Positions 36,775 to 51,091 are shown, counted from the stretch's first letter. The stretch is 64,000 nt of DNA from Mobula hypostoma (GCF_963921235.1 NC_086097.1:168642001-168706000), one strand, 5' to 3'. Notes: generated by a model not told the origin, from the sequence alone. Made by a program: numbers and translations.

Positions 36775-38145
36775 GTATGGCCAAGGGAAGCACAGGAGCG
36801 CTTACAGGATTGCTTCGAAATTGGAGGACTGGTCTATGTTCAGGGATTCAGCTTTCAATCTGGATGAGTATGCCACAGTTATTACTAACTGCATTAAAAT
36901 CTGTGTGGACAAGCGTGTGCCTACAAAGACTTGCTGTATATTCCCAAATCAAAAGCCGTGGATGAACCAGGAGGTTCGTAATCTGCTGAAGGCTAGATCT
37001 GGGACATTCTGGTGACGCAGGTCTGTCCAAGAAAACCAGGTGTAACTTGCAGAGGGCTAGTTCAAGGGCAGACAGACAATTCCAAGCAAAGTTGGAGGCA
37101 ACATCGAATTCACGCCAACTTTGGCAGGGTTTGCAAGACACTACTTCTAACAAAGCAAAACCCCATAGCATGAATGGCAGCAATGTTTCACTACCAGATG
37201 AGGTCAATGCCTTCTATACACATTTGAAAGGGAGAATGTAACTACAGCTGTGAAGATCCCTACTGCACCCGGTGACCTTGTGATCCCTGTCTCAGAGGCC
37301 AACGTAGGCTTTCTTTAAGGAGGGTGAACCATTGCAAGGCCGCAGGTCCCAATGGAGTACTTGGTAAGGCTCTGAAAACTTGTGCCAACCACCCGGTGGG
37401 AGTGTTCAAGGACACTGAATACCAATCCTCAGAGAGATCAGAAGTGGAGAGACTGAGCAGTTGCAAGTTCCTGGGCACTAAGATCTGAGGATTTAACCTG
37501 GTCTCAACATATTGATGCAGCTATAAAGAAGGCAAGACAGCAGCTATATTTCAATAGGAGTTTGAAAAGATTTGGTTTGTCAACTAAGACACTTAAACTT
37601 CTACGGATGTACTGTGGAGAGCTTTCTGACAGGCTGCATCACTGTCTGGTGTGGGGGGGGGGGAAGGAGGACTGAAAGAAGCTACAGAAAGTCGTGAAAT
37701 TAGTCAGCTGCATCTTGGGTACTTGCCTCTATTGTACCCAAGCCATCTTCAAGGAGCATTGCCTCAGAAAGGCGATGTCCATTATTAAGGACCCTTATCA
37801 TCCAGGCCATGCCCTCTTCTCACTTTTAATATCAGAAAGGAGGTACTGTTACTGTTAGGAAGGAGGTACAGAAGCATGAAGGCACACAATCAGCAATTCA
37901 GGAACAGCTTCTTCCCCTCTGCCATACGATTCCTAAATGGACATTGAAGCCATGAATGTTACCTCATTTTTTGAAAAAACATATTTCTGTTTATGCACCA
38001 TTTCTAATCTATTCAATATACATATACTTACTGTAATTGATTTATTTTTTCCTTTCTATATTTATCATGTACTGTTTTGACCTAACTGGTGCCAAGTTAA
38101 CAAATTTCACAACACATACTGGTGATAATAAACCTGATTCTGATT
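36775..38145 (+). mobile_element. Internally deleted Rex1/Babar LINE
   Basis: FPNQKPWMNQEVRNLLKAR, RQLWQGLQ, aagttcctgggc; 3' end gataataaacctgattctgatt. Confidence 0.85.
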
Positions 38146-40583
38146 TCTCTTTCCCAGTTCTAACAAAGGGTTGCCAGCCTGGTTCTCTCCACAGACGCTG
38201 GCCAACCTGTGAGTATTGCCAGCACATTCTACTTTCATTTTCCATATCCAGCACAATTTTATAAATGCACAAGCAAGAATTTTTTTTATAAATGTGCAAG
38301 CAAGCATTAAGCAAATACAGTTTTGTTCAAAGGTTTTCCTGGGAGTGAAGGTATGGGAAAGAGATCCTCAGGGGTTCGTTAGAGATCACAAAGCTGCACA
38401 TCTCCTCTCCAGTCTTTGTGAATTACTCACGGGATAAAACCTGTCACTGGAAATCAATCATTGTGAAGAAACCTTGCCTCCTCGGTGTTGCACATTGCAC
38501 CAAGATGAATTATTGAAGCCACTTAGAAATACATATACAAACACACATTTTTAAATGCACAAATAGAATACACAGATCTGAGAACTGGCAGACTATTGCA
38601 AGGTCAAACCGAAACCTTCATTCAGTTTTGTCTTCACTCCCACAAGTATTCCCTGTCCTGTTGACTTTGAAAGCTTCTTTTGTTTCATGAATATTAGGTT
38701 TCTTACACCTATGTTATTTTGTTTTAGTTATAACTATCCCTCACTCAAAGACACACACACACACACACAGAATAAACAGGCAGCCAGCCTCAACAGGTGA
38801 AGTCTCTCTGGTCTCCTCCCCAGGGATCAGCTGACAGTCTGTCAGAAACCACAGCACATTCACACTACCACATCCCGAGTGCACAGGCTCATTATAAAAT
38901 CTGCACTCACTCTGCAGAGCACAACAGAATAATGGGGAGTGGGGGAGGAACAAGCAGTGCTGTTCTACTCCAAATCCTCCAGCTGATCTGTGACAGAAAA
39001 CCCACTCACTGCCTAATCATTGGACAATGTCAAAATAAGTTCAAAGTAAAATTATGTATATATTACCATATACCACCTTGTGATTCATTTTCTTTCAGGC
39101 ATTTACAGGGGAAAAAGGAACAATAAAATTTATGAAAAACTATACACAAAGACTGAAAAACAACTAACGTGCAAATGAAGATTTATTGTGCAAATAAAGC
39201 AATTACTAACAACCTGAGTTGCAAGAGTCCTTGAAAGTAAGTCTGTAAGTCACAGAACCAGTTCATAGTGGTGATTGAAGCTGTCTACACATGTTCAGGA
39301 GCCAGACAGTTGCAGGGTAATAAGTGTTCTTGAACTTAGCGGTGTCAGACCCAAGGCTCCTACCTCTCGCCCGATGATAATAGCAAGGTGACGGCACGGC
39401 CTGGAATGTGACGGTGTGGAAATAAGAAGAATCTTTCCAATAATAAACAGTTTTAGTGTCAAGGAGACCAAGAAACTGCAGATGCTGCATTGTGGAGCAA
39501 CAGACAAGAAACTGGAGTAGGTCAGCGGGTCAGGCAGCATCTGTAAAAGGAAATGGCCATGCGTCGCTTTGGGTTGGGACCCTTCATGTGTAACAAAAGA
39601 TCAAAGGTGAGATAGGCCAATGTAAAGAGGTGAGAGGGAGGGGTGCAGCAAGAAATAGCTAGCAATAGGTGGATCCAGGTCAGAGGGGTGATGGGAAGGG
39701 AAGAGTGGAAATGTCAAAGAGCAGGAGGAATCAGAGGGGGAGCATTAAGAGGGCATTAGCAGCAAGTCTGTTTCAGACTCTACTCCATGAGGAGTATGAG
39801 GAGATTTGGTTACATCACAAAATATTCCCATGAAGTTCTATATATGTACGGTTGTATGTCATGTAGCATTCAATAGAGAGGATCACAAAGAGGCTCAGAG
39901 GTATTTAGACTTAACCTGCTCCATCACAGGTACAACCCTGCCCAAAACTTTGAGGACATTCTCAAAAGGTGACGCTTCAAGGTGGCGTTCATCAATAAGG
40001 GCCATCACCATCCAGGACAAGCTTCCTCCTTGTTACTATTATCAGGGGAGGTCACACTGGAGCCTGAAGACCCACACTCTAACTCAGAAATGGTTTCTTC
40101 CCCTCCACTAATAGATATCCAAAATGGTCCATGAACAACACCTCATTATTCCTTTTCTTGAAATCATTTATTTAGTCAGCAATTTATTAAAACAATATAA
40201 TACAGCAAACATTAGTGGGAAGTAAGAGGATTAGGAATCTTTTAAAAACCAGCTGAAGGCAACTAAAAAAAATGAGAGAAGATGAAATAGTAAGATAACT
40301 TAGCCAATAAAATCAGAGGATATCATAAGTTTTTTCTCTCATATATAAAGAGTAAAAGAGTCAAGACTGGATAGCGGACCACTGGAAAATTACACTGAAG
40401 AGTTAGTATTGGGAAGCAAAGAAATGGCAGATGAACTTATTAAATATTTTGCGCCAGTCTTCACTTTGAAGACACTAGCAGTATGCCAGAAATTCAAGTG
40501 TCGGGGTGGAAGCGAGTATAGCTGCTATCATCAAGGAAAAGGTACTTGGGAAGTTGAATAGTCTGAAGGTAGACAAGTCAATT

Positions 40584-41988
40584 TTCTTTTTCCTCCAAAA
40601 ATACTTTGTTCAGAAGTATTACAAAATAAAGTTATATAAATATAAGAAAAATTCGTTGACCCTGAGTCCTGATTCAATAAAAAGTTATTTACAATAAAAT
40701 TATGCGTTGACTCTCTGTTCATATACAAATGAAAGATGTTTACAATAAATCGCTCATTTACTCTCAACCCTTGGTCAAGAGTCAAGACTTACTTACAGTA
40801 AAATTATCAACAATAAAGGCAGGCATTGGCTCTAATCCTTTTCCAAATTAACAATTCCACCCACTCCTGGGGCACCATGTTGATTCATCTGTCCACACCG
40901 CTGATGAGGGTTAATCTCCTCCCCACCCAACCCCTCACACTCCCACGGGTGATGAATCTTAAACTGTGGTCCTTCCCCACCGGGGCTTCGCGGTGGCCGC
41001 ACCAAGCTTGAGTGCATCCCTCAGCACGTTCTCCTGCAGGCGAGAGTGAGCCAGCCGGCAGCATTCAGTCACGGACATCTCCATGTGCTGGCAGACCACC
41101 AAGTTTCGGGCAGACCAAAGCACGTCTTTCACCGAATTGATGATCTGTCAGCAGCACTGGATGTTTGTCTCCGTGTGCATCCCCGGGAACAGCCCGCAGA
41201 TCACAGAGTCCTCGGTAACGCAGCTGCTGGGCATGAGTCTTAGCACCGTCCCTTCCATTCTCCTCCACACCTTCTTTGCGAACCCACAGTGTGCAAAGAG
41301 GTGAGCCACTCCATTACAGTCCTCCCGTGGGCAGTGGGGTGCGGAGACGACATTCCGGGCGTACAGGAGGAATCTGACTGGGAGGGCCCCTCTCACCGCC
41401 AGCCAGGCTAGATCTTTGTGCCTGTTGGTGAGGTTTGGCGATGAGGCATTTTGCCAGATGAACTGGACGGTCTACTCAGGGAACCACCCCACTGTGTCCA
41501 TCACGTCCTTCTCCTGCAGTGCCTGCAGGACAGTACGTGCCAACCACTGTCTAATAGCCTTGTGGTCAAATGCGTTGGCCTTGAAGAATTTTTCTACGTA
41601 GGACAGGTATGGAGGCAACGACCAGCTGACAGGGGTGTTGCGCGGGAAAGAGGCCAGACCCATCCTTCGTAGCCAGGGCGACAGGTAGAACCTGGGCACA
41701 TAGTGGTACTTTGTGCCCACGTATCTGGGATCCACACACAACCTGATGCAGCCACACACGAAGCTGGCCATCAGGATGAGGGCGACATTGGGGACGTTTT
41801 TGCCCCAATTGTCCAGGGACTTGTGCATGATGGCCCGTTTCACCCGCTCCATCTTGGATCCCCAGACGAATCTGAAAACAGCTTGGGTGATTTCCGAGCT
41901 GCAGGAGCGGGGGACGGGCCACACCTGCGCCAAGTACAGCAGCCCTGAGAGCACCTCACACCCGATGACCAGGTTCTTGCCCGTTATC
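40584..41988 (-). mobile_element. Tx1/L1-clade LINE 3' fragment
   Basis: LLYLAQVWP..VFRFVWGSKMERVKR..GKNVPN; zinc-knuckle-like CPREDC..HLFAHC..KKVW; A-rich tail; TSD gacaagtcaatt (40572-40583) / gacaggtcaatt (41989-42000). Confidence 0.88.
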
Positions 41989-42600
41989 GACAGGTCAATT
42001 GGACCAGAGGTGCCACACCCCAGGACTCTGAAAGAGATGGCTGAGAGATTGTGGAGGCATTGTGATCTTTCAAGAATCAATAGATTCTGGAATGTTCCGG
42101 AGGACTGAAAAATTGCAACTGTCACTTCATTCTGAGAAGGGGGAAGGCAGAAGAAAGGACATTATAGGCCAGCTAGCCTGACTTCAATGGTTGGGAAGAT
42201 GTTGGAGTCCATTATTAAGATGTGGTTTCAGGGTACATGGAGGCACATGATAAAGTACTCACTAGCCAATCAGAACGGGTCACTGGCAGCCAATCAATGA
42301 TGTTGGGATTGGTATTGGGACTGCTCCTTTTCACGTTATATGCCAACAACTTCAATGACAGAAATAATTACTTTGTTGCCAAGTTTTCAGACGATACAAA
42401 GATAGGTGGAGGGGCAGGTACAGTACTTGGACAGATTGAGAGAATAGGCAAAGAACTGCCAGGTGGAATATTGTGTAGAGGAGTGTATGGTCATGCAATA
42501 TGATAGGAATAAAGGTATCCACTATTTTCTAAACAGGGAGTCACAAAGTCACAGGAAGTGCAAAGGGACTTGGGATTCCTGTGTAGGATTCTCTAAACTT

Positions 42601-42682
42601 TAGGGAGTTCCCAACCTTTTTTATGCCATGGACAAATACCATTAAGCAAGGCGATCTGTGGACCCCAGGCTGGGAACCCGTG
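42601..42682. mobile_element. Tiny hAT (Charlie-like) MITE
   Basis: tagggagttcccaacc...ggctgggaacccgtg; interrupts CR1. Confidence 0.75.
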
Positions 42683-43681
42683 CCTTACAGGTTAACTTAC
42701 AGGTTGAGTCAGTGGTTAGCAGCCGTTTCAAAGGATTAGAATACAAGAGCAAGGATGTGATGCTGAGGCTTTATAAGGTATTGGGTCAGTCCATATTTGG
42801 AGTATTGCGAACAGTTTTGGGTCCCTTAAATAAGTAAAGGTGCACTGGGGTCAGAGAGGGTCCAGAAGAGGTACAAGAGAATTATTCCGGGAATGAAAGC
42901 ATTAATGTATGAGGAGGATTTGATGACTCTGGGCCTGTACACGCTGGAATTCAGAAGAATGAAGGGAGATCTCATTGAAACCTGGCAAACATTGTAAGGC
43001 CTTGATAGAATGGATGTTTCCTATCGTGGGTGAGTCTAGGACCAGAGGGCATAGCCTCAGAATAGAGGAACATCCACTTAGAAAAGAGATGAGGAGAAAT
43101 TACTCCTGCCAGAGTGTGGTGAATCGATGGAACTCATCGCCACAGATGGCAAGTCATTTAGCATATTTAAAGCGGAAGTTCATAGGCTTTTGATTAATCA
43201 GGGCTTTAGAGGTTATGGGGAGAAGGCAAGAGAATGGAGTTGAGAGAGATAATAAATCAGCATGATGGAAAAGCGGAGCAGACTTGATGGACTATGTGGT
43301 CTAACTGCGCATCTACATCTTATTGTCTTATATTTCTGCGATGTACTGTTGCTGCAAATCAACGAGTTTCACATCATATTAGTCGTAAATCAAACTCATG
43401 ACATGGTACTACAATGATACCACCTCTACCATTTTTAAAATGCTTCTTAAAACCTCCTTCAACCAAACATTCAGTCATCTCCTGTAATACCTCATTGTGT
43501 CTCAGTATCAAACATTGCTTTACAAATCACTCAATTGCTCATGTGAAATACCCTTAGACAATCTACTTCATTAAAAAAGTGTTATAAATACAAGATGTTA
43601 TTGTGATAGCCCAACACATACTTTGTCCCACAGACTGTTCAAAGGAAAATTTGGACTCTCCATTTTTGACTGTTTACTCAC

Positions 43682-43759
43682 CAGCTGACACTGATAAGTG
43701 ACTGCTGACACTTTCGGGACAGAGGATGCTCTGTGCTCCAAGGTCACGTGCAAATTTCA
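43682..43759 (-). CDS. Candidate 78-nt internal exon of an unidentified host gene
   Basis: gtttttatgttttgaatcag|...GCTG|gtgagta; only phase 1 is open: KFARDLGAQSILCPESVSSHLSVSA; lies in non-repeat sequence. Confidence 0.4.
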
Positions 43760-43863
43760 CTGATTCAAAACATAAAAACAACTGGGGTTCAAAAAAAATG
43801 AAGCTGGTTGAACCAGAGTTCACTGAGCAACCTCTGAGATGTTCCAGACTCAGAGAGGGAGTG

Positions 43864-44045
43864 GCAACACACACAAAATGATGGGGAAACTCAGCAGGTC
43901 AGAAAGCATCTACATCCTGATGAAGGGTCTCAGCCTGAAATGTCAACTGTCTACTTGCATCCAAAGATGAAACCTGACCTGCTGAGTTCCTCCAGCATTG
44001 TGTGCGTTGCTGAAGATTTCCAGCATCTGCAGAATCTTGTGTCTC
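43864..44045 (+). mobile_element. Short Penelope-derived foldback unit containing a hammerhead motif (43912-43950)
   Basis: Arms gcaacacacacaaaatg..aactcagcaggtcag / ctgacctgctgagtt..cattgtgtgcgttgc flank CTGATGA-agggtctcagcct-GAAAT-GTC. Confidence 0.75.
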
Positions 44046-45809
44046 CAAGAGGGACAGAAAGTGGATGCCGAGAGGCCGGTGAGTCCAGTGTAGCTTCTGG
44101 GCAAGAGGCTGCCATCAATGGCTGAGAAGGGGAGACTTTCTTTATCCAAAAGGTCCACGAACCTTTGAAATGCTCCATTCCAGGAGGCTGGAGATGCTCC
44201 CCATTGAGTACGAGATAGAATCAACAGCAGTTTCTGTACCAACAGAAACTAGAGAATTCGGTTTTACATTAGGGAGTGGTTAATATCTGGAGCACACTGC
44301 CAGAGGTGGCGATGGAATCAAATACGATTATTACACTTCGAGTCAGAGAGTAATTCAGCACAGATTCAGGCCCTTCAACCAAACTGGCCCGTGCCAATCA
44401 CAGCTCCCTGCTAATCCCAGTTACCTACGCTCAGCTCAGAACCCTCCAAGTCCCTCCTCTCTATATACATATCCAAATACCTCCAAAATATTGCAATTAC
44501 ACCTGCCTCAACCACCCTGTATGGCAACTCATTCCAGGCACTCACCGCCCTCTCTGTGAAGTTGCCCCTCACATCTCTTAAATCCCTCCCCTCTTCTCTT
44601 GTATCTGTGCCCTGTAGTTTTGGACTCTACACACTTAAATCGTCAAGGCAGAAGAGGATCAGGTCCTAATGCAGGCAAGTGGGATTAGTGTAGATGGGGG
44701 AAGGGTTGGGGATAGATACAATGGGCTGAATGGCAAACTTCTTTGCTATTTTACATTAAAAGGTCAGCCATGGGTCTACTGAATGTTGGATAGGACTGAG
44801 AAGCATCGATTTCTTATCATCTGAAGCACTGCTATTCTTGAGTATTGTGGAAGTCTGATAGATATCAGACTACTATTCCTTCTCAACATTACAAAATGCC
44901 CACAAAATGTAGAACATCGTGGCAGGATAGAGATCTGGGTGAGCTATGGACAAACTGGCAGGTGAAATCAAATCTAGCAAATCAGTCTGGCAACAATTTC
45001 ATCTGCATAAAATCACTTCAGGCCCTGTGCTAGTCCAGACCCAATACTAATGTCATTCGAGGAAGTGACTAATGTTTCAAGCTTCTAGTATTGGGTGTTA
45101 TCAAATGTTACACGTCACTAGACATTCAAGTGTTAGCAAAGGGATTCAACAGAAAGGAAGTTTGTTCTGTTTTGTCATCCATCTCTCACAGGATGGAGGT
45201 CGAATAAAATTAAGATATGCTGCATTGCTCCTAGTGCCAGGTTGCATCATAGAATCAAAGAAACTTGCAATGGAAGAGGCCATTTGACCCATTAATAATA
45301 TGCTGACTCTTGGGTAAATCTATGTCCATCTGAATCACCAATGTTCTTCAAGAACACAGTTACCCATTTGTGGCAACAATTTGGCCCACTCAAAACTAAG
45401 GTAATTAGGAATGGACATTAAATTTTGCAGAAAGAAATCCAGATCCCGTCAGCAAATACATTTAGAGCTCTAACCTGTATGTGCCCCAAGTCCTTCCCAT
45501 CAGCACTGCTGCTATTTTCCCCCTCAATGTTTCTGCCCACTTCCTTTTTGATAAGAACGAACCCACTTCTCCAAACTTCCTGGTAGCCCATTCCACACTG
45601 TGACAACTCAACAGTCATGTCAGTGTTTATTTACCACGGTAAACCATCCTCGCTGTTCACCTGTAAATGAGAACCATATTTTGAAGCCTTCATCCTTAGC
45701 CATCATTTTTAATTGGGAGAAGGGATCCTCTCAAATCCGCTGCCCAGTCAATTCCTCTTTAATTACTGAATAGTTCAAAAATGGTTCAGATGACCTGCCC
45801 TGAGCCCAA

Positions 45810-46030
45810 CACATAGACACAACATGTTCTCCTCACATTTCCAACAGTTCTTCCACTCACCTCGGACAACTTACAGTAGCCAATTAACTTATGAACCCCA
45901 AACCTTTAGGAGGTCATGAAAACCAACAGATCGAAAGGGAAAACATGCAAACTTTGCAAGGCAGCAGAGGTCAGGATTGAACCCAAGGATGCTGGAGATC
46001 AGGCAGCAGCTCTACTAGCTGCACCACTGC
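45810..46030 (-). mobile_element. Degraded V-domain SINE
   Basis: ggacaacttacagtagccaattaac..gggaaaacatgcaaact..aggtcaggattgaaccc. Confidence 0.6.
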
Positions 46031-46463
46031 AAAACAGGATGCATCCTCCAAGAACACCTATCTGGTTTCAATGAGATCATCTGTTATTCTTTTAAACTTA
46101 CTCATCTCAAAACTCCACAGGGAAGGTTCCAATATCTACCTATCAGCTGAATTTGTAACATGTAAATTTTAAGTGACTGCTCAAGATAAATACATTTGTC
46201 AAAGACATGACAGAGTCACAGACAGACTTGTTGACTGTCATCTTAGTTTTCAGATCTATTTAAGCTGAAACAGTAGTTACAAAGGAGCAACTGTAGGTAG
46301 TCAAATATAGTACCACAAAAGGGGCATCATTTTATCGTCTAAACATGTCTCTTCTTGTTGAATCCCAGGCCCTCTATGGAAAAAAAAACTGAGCTACCTT
46401 TTCTTCTTTTCAGGTGACAGGTGAGCCAGTACAGTGACGTAGTGGTCAACCTACTAAACCTGG

Positions 46464-46514
46464 CAGGGGTCCCCAATCTTTTTTATGCCATGGACCCCAG
46501 GATGAGAACCCCTG
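46464..46514. mobile_element. Tiny hAT MITE, internally deleted (51 bp)
   Basis: caggggtccccaatc...gatgagaacccctg. Confidence 0.7.
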
Positions 46515-47619
46515 ATCTACAGGTTTAGTCTACTGACCTGGAGACAAGAGTTGGAGAATTTGGAATAATACCTATACTCAGTAAAAGTGAGCTCAAAACT
46601 GTTGGATCTGTCATTGCTGATTAACTGAACTGACAACTCACACTCATTCTTCAATCACACTTTATTTACTCGTGCACAAGGAGAACAGCCTGGCCCATCA
46701 CCAAACTGCTCTGAAGCTTAAACAAAGAAACTTCATTTGTATACAGAAATTCACTAGTTGTATAAAAAAAATTGGCAACTTATTGACCCATAATTGATAA
46801 TAGAAATTTTGTGCACTTCTAAATCCCAATATTTGCATATTTAAGCACCAATCATAATATCTTTCAGGTTTAATAACCAATTAAATCTACACCTTAAAGG
46901 CCAATAATACTTGAGAATTAGTAAGATAACCACGCAATATCAAGTGTTGCCCTAGAAACCTTTATTTGCATCTTTACCTTGACTTGGTATGTTTAGCGAC
47001 ATTCATTCCCAGGCTTGAACAGAAAGGCTGTACAGAGAAAAGTTAGGGTTTCAAGGGCTGTGTTCAGCCTAAGTGACTGCAATATGTCTGCACATTTCTG
47101 TCAGTTTATCATCTTGACTATTGCCTTAATAAACTTCAACATACAGGAAAGGATGTACAAAGCATCCTCACTCTGTTTCGTTAACACACCATATTAGCCT
47201 TTTCCTCCCTGCAACTTCCACAATTCCCCCTTTTAATACAAATTATTTCAATAACACACAGCCCCTGCAACTCCTTTGGATGGGAACTGGATCATAACAG
47301 AGGTGGACCTTCTTCAGGCCAATACTTCGCAGAGCAATCTCGGGCAACATTACAACTAGCAGCAATAAGACCCCTATTGCCCACTGCCCATCCTTTTCCA
47401 ACCATTTCTGCAACTCATTTCTCCAGTGATTAAACACAGTTTCTACCCAAAATACTTAATGCACACTACCAGTTTACTTAGGGTGTCTGGGACAGAGGAC
47501 AATCATAATGCCATTCATACTTCAGAATTCATTTTCTTACTTACACACAGAAAAGAAAAAAAATCTTACCCACTACAATCTTTCTCCTCCCTATATCCCC
47601 TTTTATTCCTTTGTATGAC

Positions 47620-49265
47620 TTAGAACATAGAACAGTACAGCACAAGAACAGGCACTTCAGCTCAGTGTCGGTGCCAAACATGATACCAAATTAAACTAAT
47701 TTCTTCTGTCTGAGGATGATCCACATCCTTCTATTCAGAAAGTCAGAAGGCATGGGATCCAGGGAAGTTTGGCCAGGTGGATTCAGAATTGGCTTGCCTG
47801 CAGAAGGCAGAGGGTCGTGGTGGAGGGAGTACGTTCAGATTGGAGGATTGTCACTAGTGGTGTCCCACAAGGATCTGTTCTGGGACCTCTACTTTTCGTG
47901 ATTTTTGTTAACGACCTGGATGTGGGGGTAGAAGGGTGGGTTGGCAAGTTTGCAGACGACAGAAAGGTTGGTGGTGTTGTAGATAGTGTAGAGGATTGTC
48001 GAAGTTTGCAGAGAGACATTGATAGGATGCAGAAGTGGGCTGAGAAGTGGCAGATGGAGTTCAACCCGGAGAAGTGTGAGGTGGTACACTTTGGAAGGAC
48101 AAACTCCAAGGCAGAGTACAAAGTAAATGGCAGGATACTTGGTAGTATGGAGGAGCAGAGGGATCTGGGGGTACATGTCCACAGATCCCTGAAAGTTGCC
48201 TCACAGGTGGATAGGGTAGTTAAGAAACCTTATGGGGTGTTAGCTTTCATAAGTCAAGGGATAGAGTTTAAGAGTCGCCATGTAATGATGCAGCTCTATA
48301 AAACTCTGGTTAGGCCACACTTGGAGTTCTGTGTCCAGTTCTGGTCACCTCACTATAGGAAGAGTGTGGAAGCATTGGAAAGGGTACAGCGGAGATTTAC
48401 CAGGATGCTGCCTGGTTTAGAGACAATACATTATGATTGGAGATTAAGAGAGCTAGGGCTTTACTCTTTGGAGATAAGGAGGATGAGAGGAGACATGATA
48501 CAGCTGTACAAGATAATAAGAGGATTAGATAGAGTGGATAGCCAGCGCCTCTTCCCCAGGGCACCACTGCTCAATACAAGAGGACATGGCTTTAAGGTAA
48601 GGGGTGGGAAGTTCAAGGGGGATATCAGAGGAAGATTTTTTACTCAGAGAGTGGTTGGTGCGTGGAATACACTGCTTGAGTCAGTGGTGGAGGCAGATAC
48701 ACTCGTGAAGTTTAAGAGACTACTAGACAGGTATATGGAGGAATTTAAGGTGGGGAGTTATATGGGAGGCAGGGTCTGAGGGTCGGCACAACATTGTGAG
48801 CCGAAGGGCCTGTACTGTGCTGTACTATTCTATGTTCTATGTTTTTATTCCCTGCATATTCAAGTACCCCTAATCAAAGGCCCCTTAACCACCACCACCT
48901 ATTCTGCTTCCACCAGCACCCCGGCAGCATGCTCCAAGCACCAACCACACCATACAGGTTAAAAAAACACTTGCCCTGCAGAGATCCTTTGAACTTCTCA
49001 GCTTAAAGCTAGGCTGTCTAGTACTTATCTTTAGCTGTCCACCCTATCCATATCACTCAAAATTTAATAAACTTTTATCATATCTCACCTCAGCCTCCAT
49101 TGCTTCAATGAAAACAACCCAAGTTTCTCCAACTTCTCCTTATAGCTGATGTCCTCGAATCCAGATTGAATCCTGATAAACCTTTTCTGCACCCTCTCCA
49201 AAGTCTCAACATCCTTCTTGTAATGGAGCAAACAGAACTGTACACAATAAAATAGGATCTAACAA
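47620..49265 (-). mobile_element. Old CR1 fragment interrupted by a younger CR1
   Basis: Reverse CR1 tail tagaacatagaacagtacagcac at 47621; resumes at ~48843. Confidence 0.75.
47737..48842 (+). mobile_element. Young 5'-truncated CR1 (second family)
   Basis: Uninterrupted ORF 47769-48779 (336 aa; GVPQGSVLGP, KFADD, RPHLEFC); tail ttctatgttctatgt; imperfect TSD ttctattc/ttttattc. Confidence 0.95.
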
Positions 49266-51091
49266 CTTCCATTTTAGAAATTATTTTAATGCAGCAAAAC
49301 ATTGAATATCTTTCACAGAAGCATCACCATAAAACTGATATACAAGGAGATAAATTATAGGAATAATTAATATTAATGCAGATAATACAGGACCTCGCCC
49401 AAGAGATGACATAAGGAGGGAAAGGGTCAATCTCGAGGAAATTCCAGAGTTATGGTCAGGGTACAAAAAGCATAGCAATTAAAATTATTAGAATTATTAG
49501 ATAAATTTATAAAATATTAGGGAATTGAGAGCTCTAGAAACAGGTACAGAGGAGGAAATGAGGCCTGGGGCCACACAGGTTCACTGAAAATGGTTGCCAT
49601 ACATTAGGTGTTTGGATAGCCATGTTTCTGTGCTGTTTGTCACCAGGACTCGAAGATCATATTGAATGGCAAGGAAGGTGTGAGAGATTGAGTGGCCTAC
49701 TCCTTTTCCTGTTTCCTTATGTTCTTATTTAGGGATGGATAACCAGCAGACCAGAGTTGGAGGAGCACAGATACCCGAGGGTTACTGACAAGTACAGATA
49801 AGATAATTTATTTGATATCTGATTTGTAAATGGAGATCTGAATCCTCAACCAGAGAGGGAGCATGAGATTTAAGTTTCAAGCTTCGATCCTAATCGACCA
49901 CAGTTTAGAACAATAAACAAACAACTTACAATCACAGCCAATGTTCAAAGAATTTTGGAACCAGAGTTTGAGCAGAGAATTTAGCCATGCAGAGCCCAAA
50001 TGTGGCTTTTGAACTGAGAAAGGCAGAGGCAGAGGATTCATTTCAAAACTAGATGGTTAGGGTTTCTTCCTGCAGCCTAATGAATGATTTCCATCCTCCC
50101 CTCTGCAGACAAGTCCCATCTCCTCAAACGCAATAGCAGTTGGTTCACTTCACTATGGAAAGCATGCTAGAAAAACCCCAGGTACAGAAACCCCTGTGAT
50201 GACATCACTTTACTTGCAGACTAGTGAAATGGTGAAATAAATTGGTCAACATGCTGACAGTAAAAAGTGACACTTAAGTTTTCATTTATCTTCCTAAGAC
50301 TAATCTGCGTTTGTGCCAGACTCTCCCATTTGAGAATCTGCCATCATTTCTGAACCACCTAGGAACACTACCTTATTGCTTGTCTTTTGCACTATTTCGT
50401 TTAACATTATTATAGTACTTTTTAAATCTTGTACTGCACTGTTTGCTGCAAAACCACAAATTTCATAACATAAGACAGCAATAATAAACTTGATTCAGAT
50501 TCCTTTCAGCTCCGTTTCAATGAAATCCCCTCTCATTCTGCTAAACTCGGGGGAGTATTAAATATCTCAAAAAAACTTAAATAATCAAATCAATACATCA
50601 ATAATCAACATGATTGAAACTAAAGGGATAAAAAACTGGTTCAGGCATGTCTGGCTAACAGATTCTGCTTCCAGTCAACACTTTGCCTCCACACAGCACT
50701 GGTTAAGGACACAATGGCGTCCAGCTTCAACAGTTAATTGGCATCCAGGAAAGCCCCAGGCAACATTTCCTCTCCACTCCCACACTAATGACGCAAGTTC
50801 ACTTGAGGTTTATGCATTAATCTACAGCAGCCATGTTTTCCCAACTGCAAGAGTTTATGCAAATGCCTTGGTTTACAATGGGAAGGCAATTCACTGAGTG
50901 GATAGATACACCCACCCAATGGAGTGAGACAGGCCTTTCAATACAAGACATAAGAATACATCTAACACAGGTTGCGGACTGTACAAAACAACACTTTCAC
51001 AATACAATCCAGACCACTTCAACTTCGCCATCATGCCAGCAACATCCTACAGCTGGAAGCAGACACACCTCAGGCCTGGGATGGCTACACC

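Larger units (their letters stand above)
40190..43330 (+). mobile_element. Degraded CR1 LINE hosting Tx1 and MITE insertions
   Basis: KEKVLGKLNSLKVDKS resumes as ggaccagaggtgccacaccccagg at 42001; VAKFSDDTKIGG; ESRTRGHSLRI. Confidence 0.88.
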
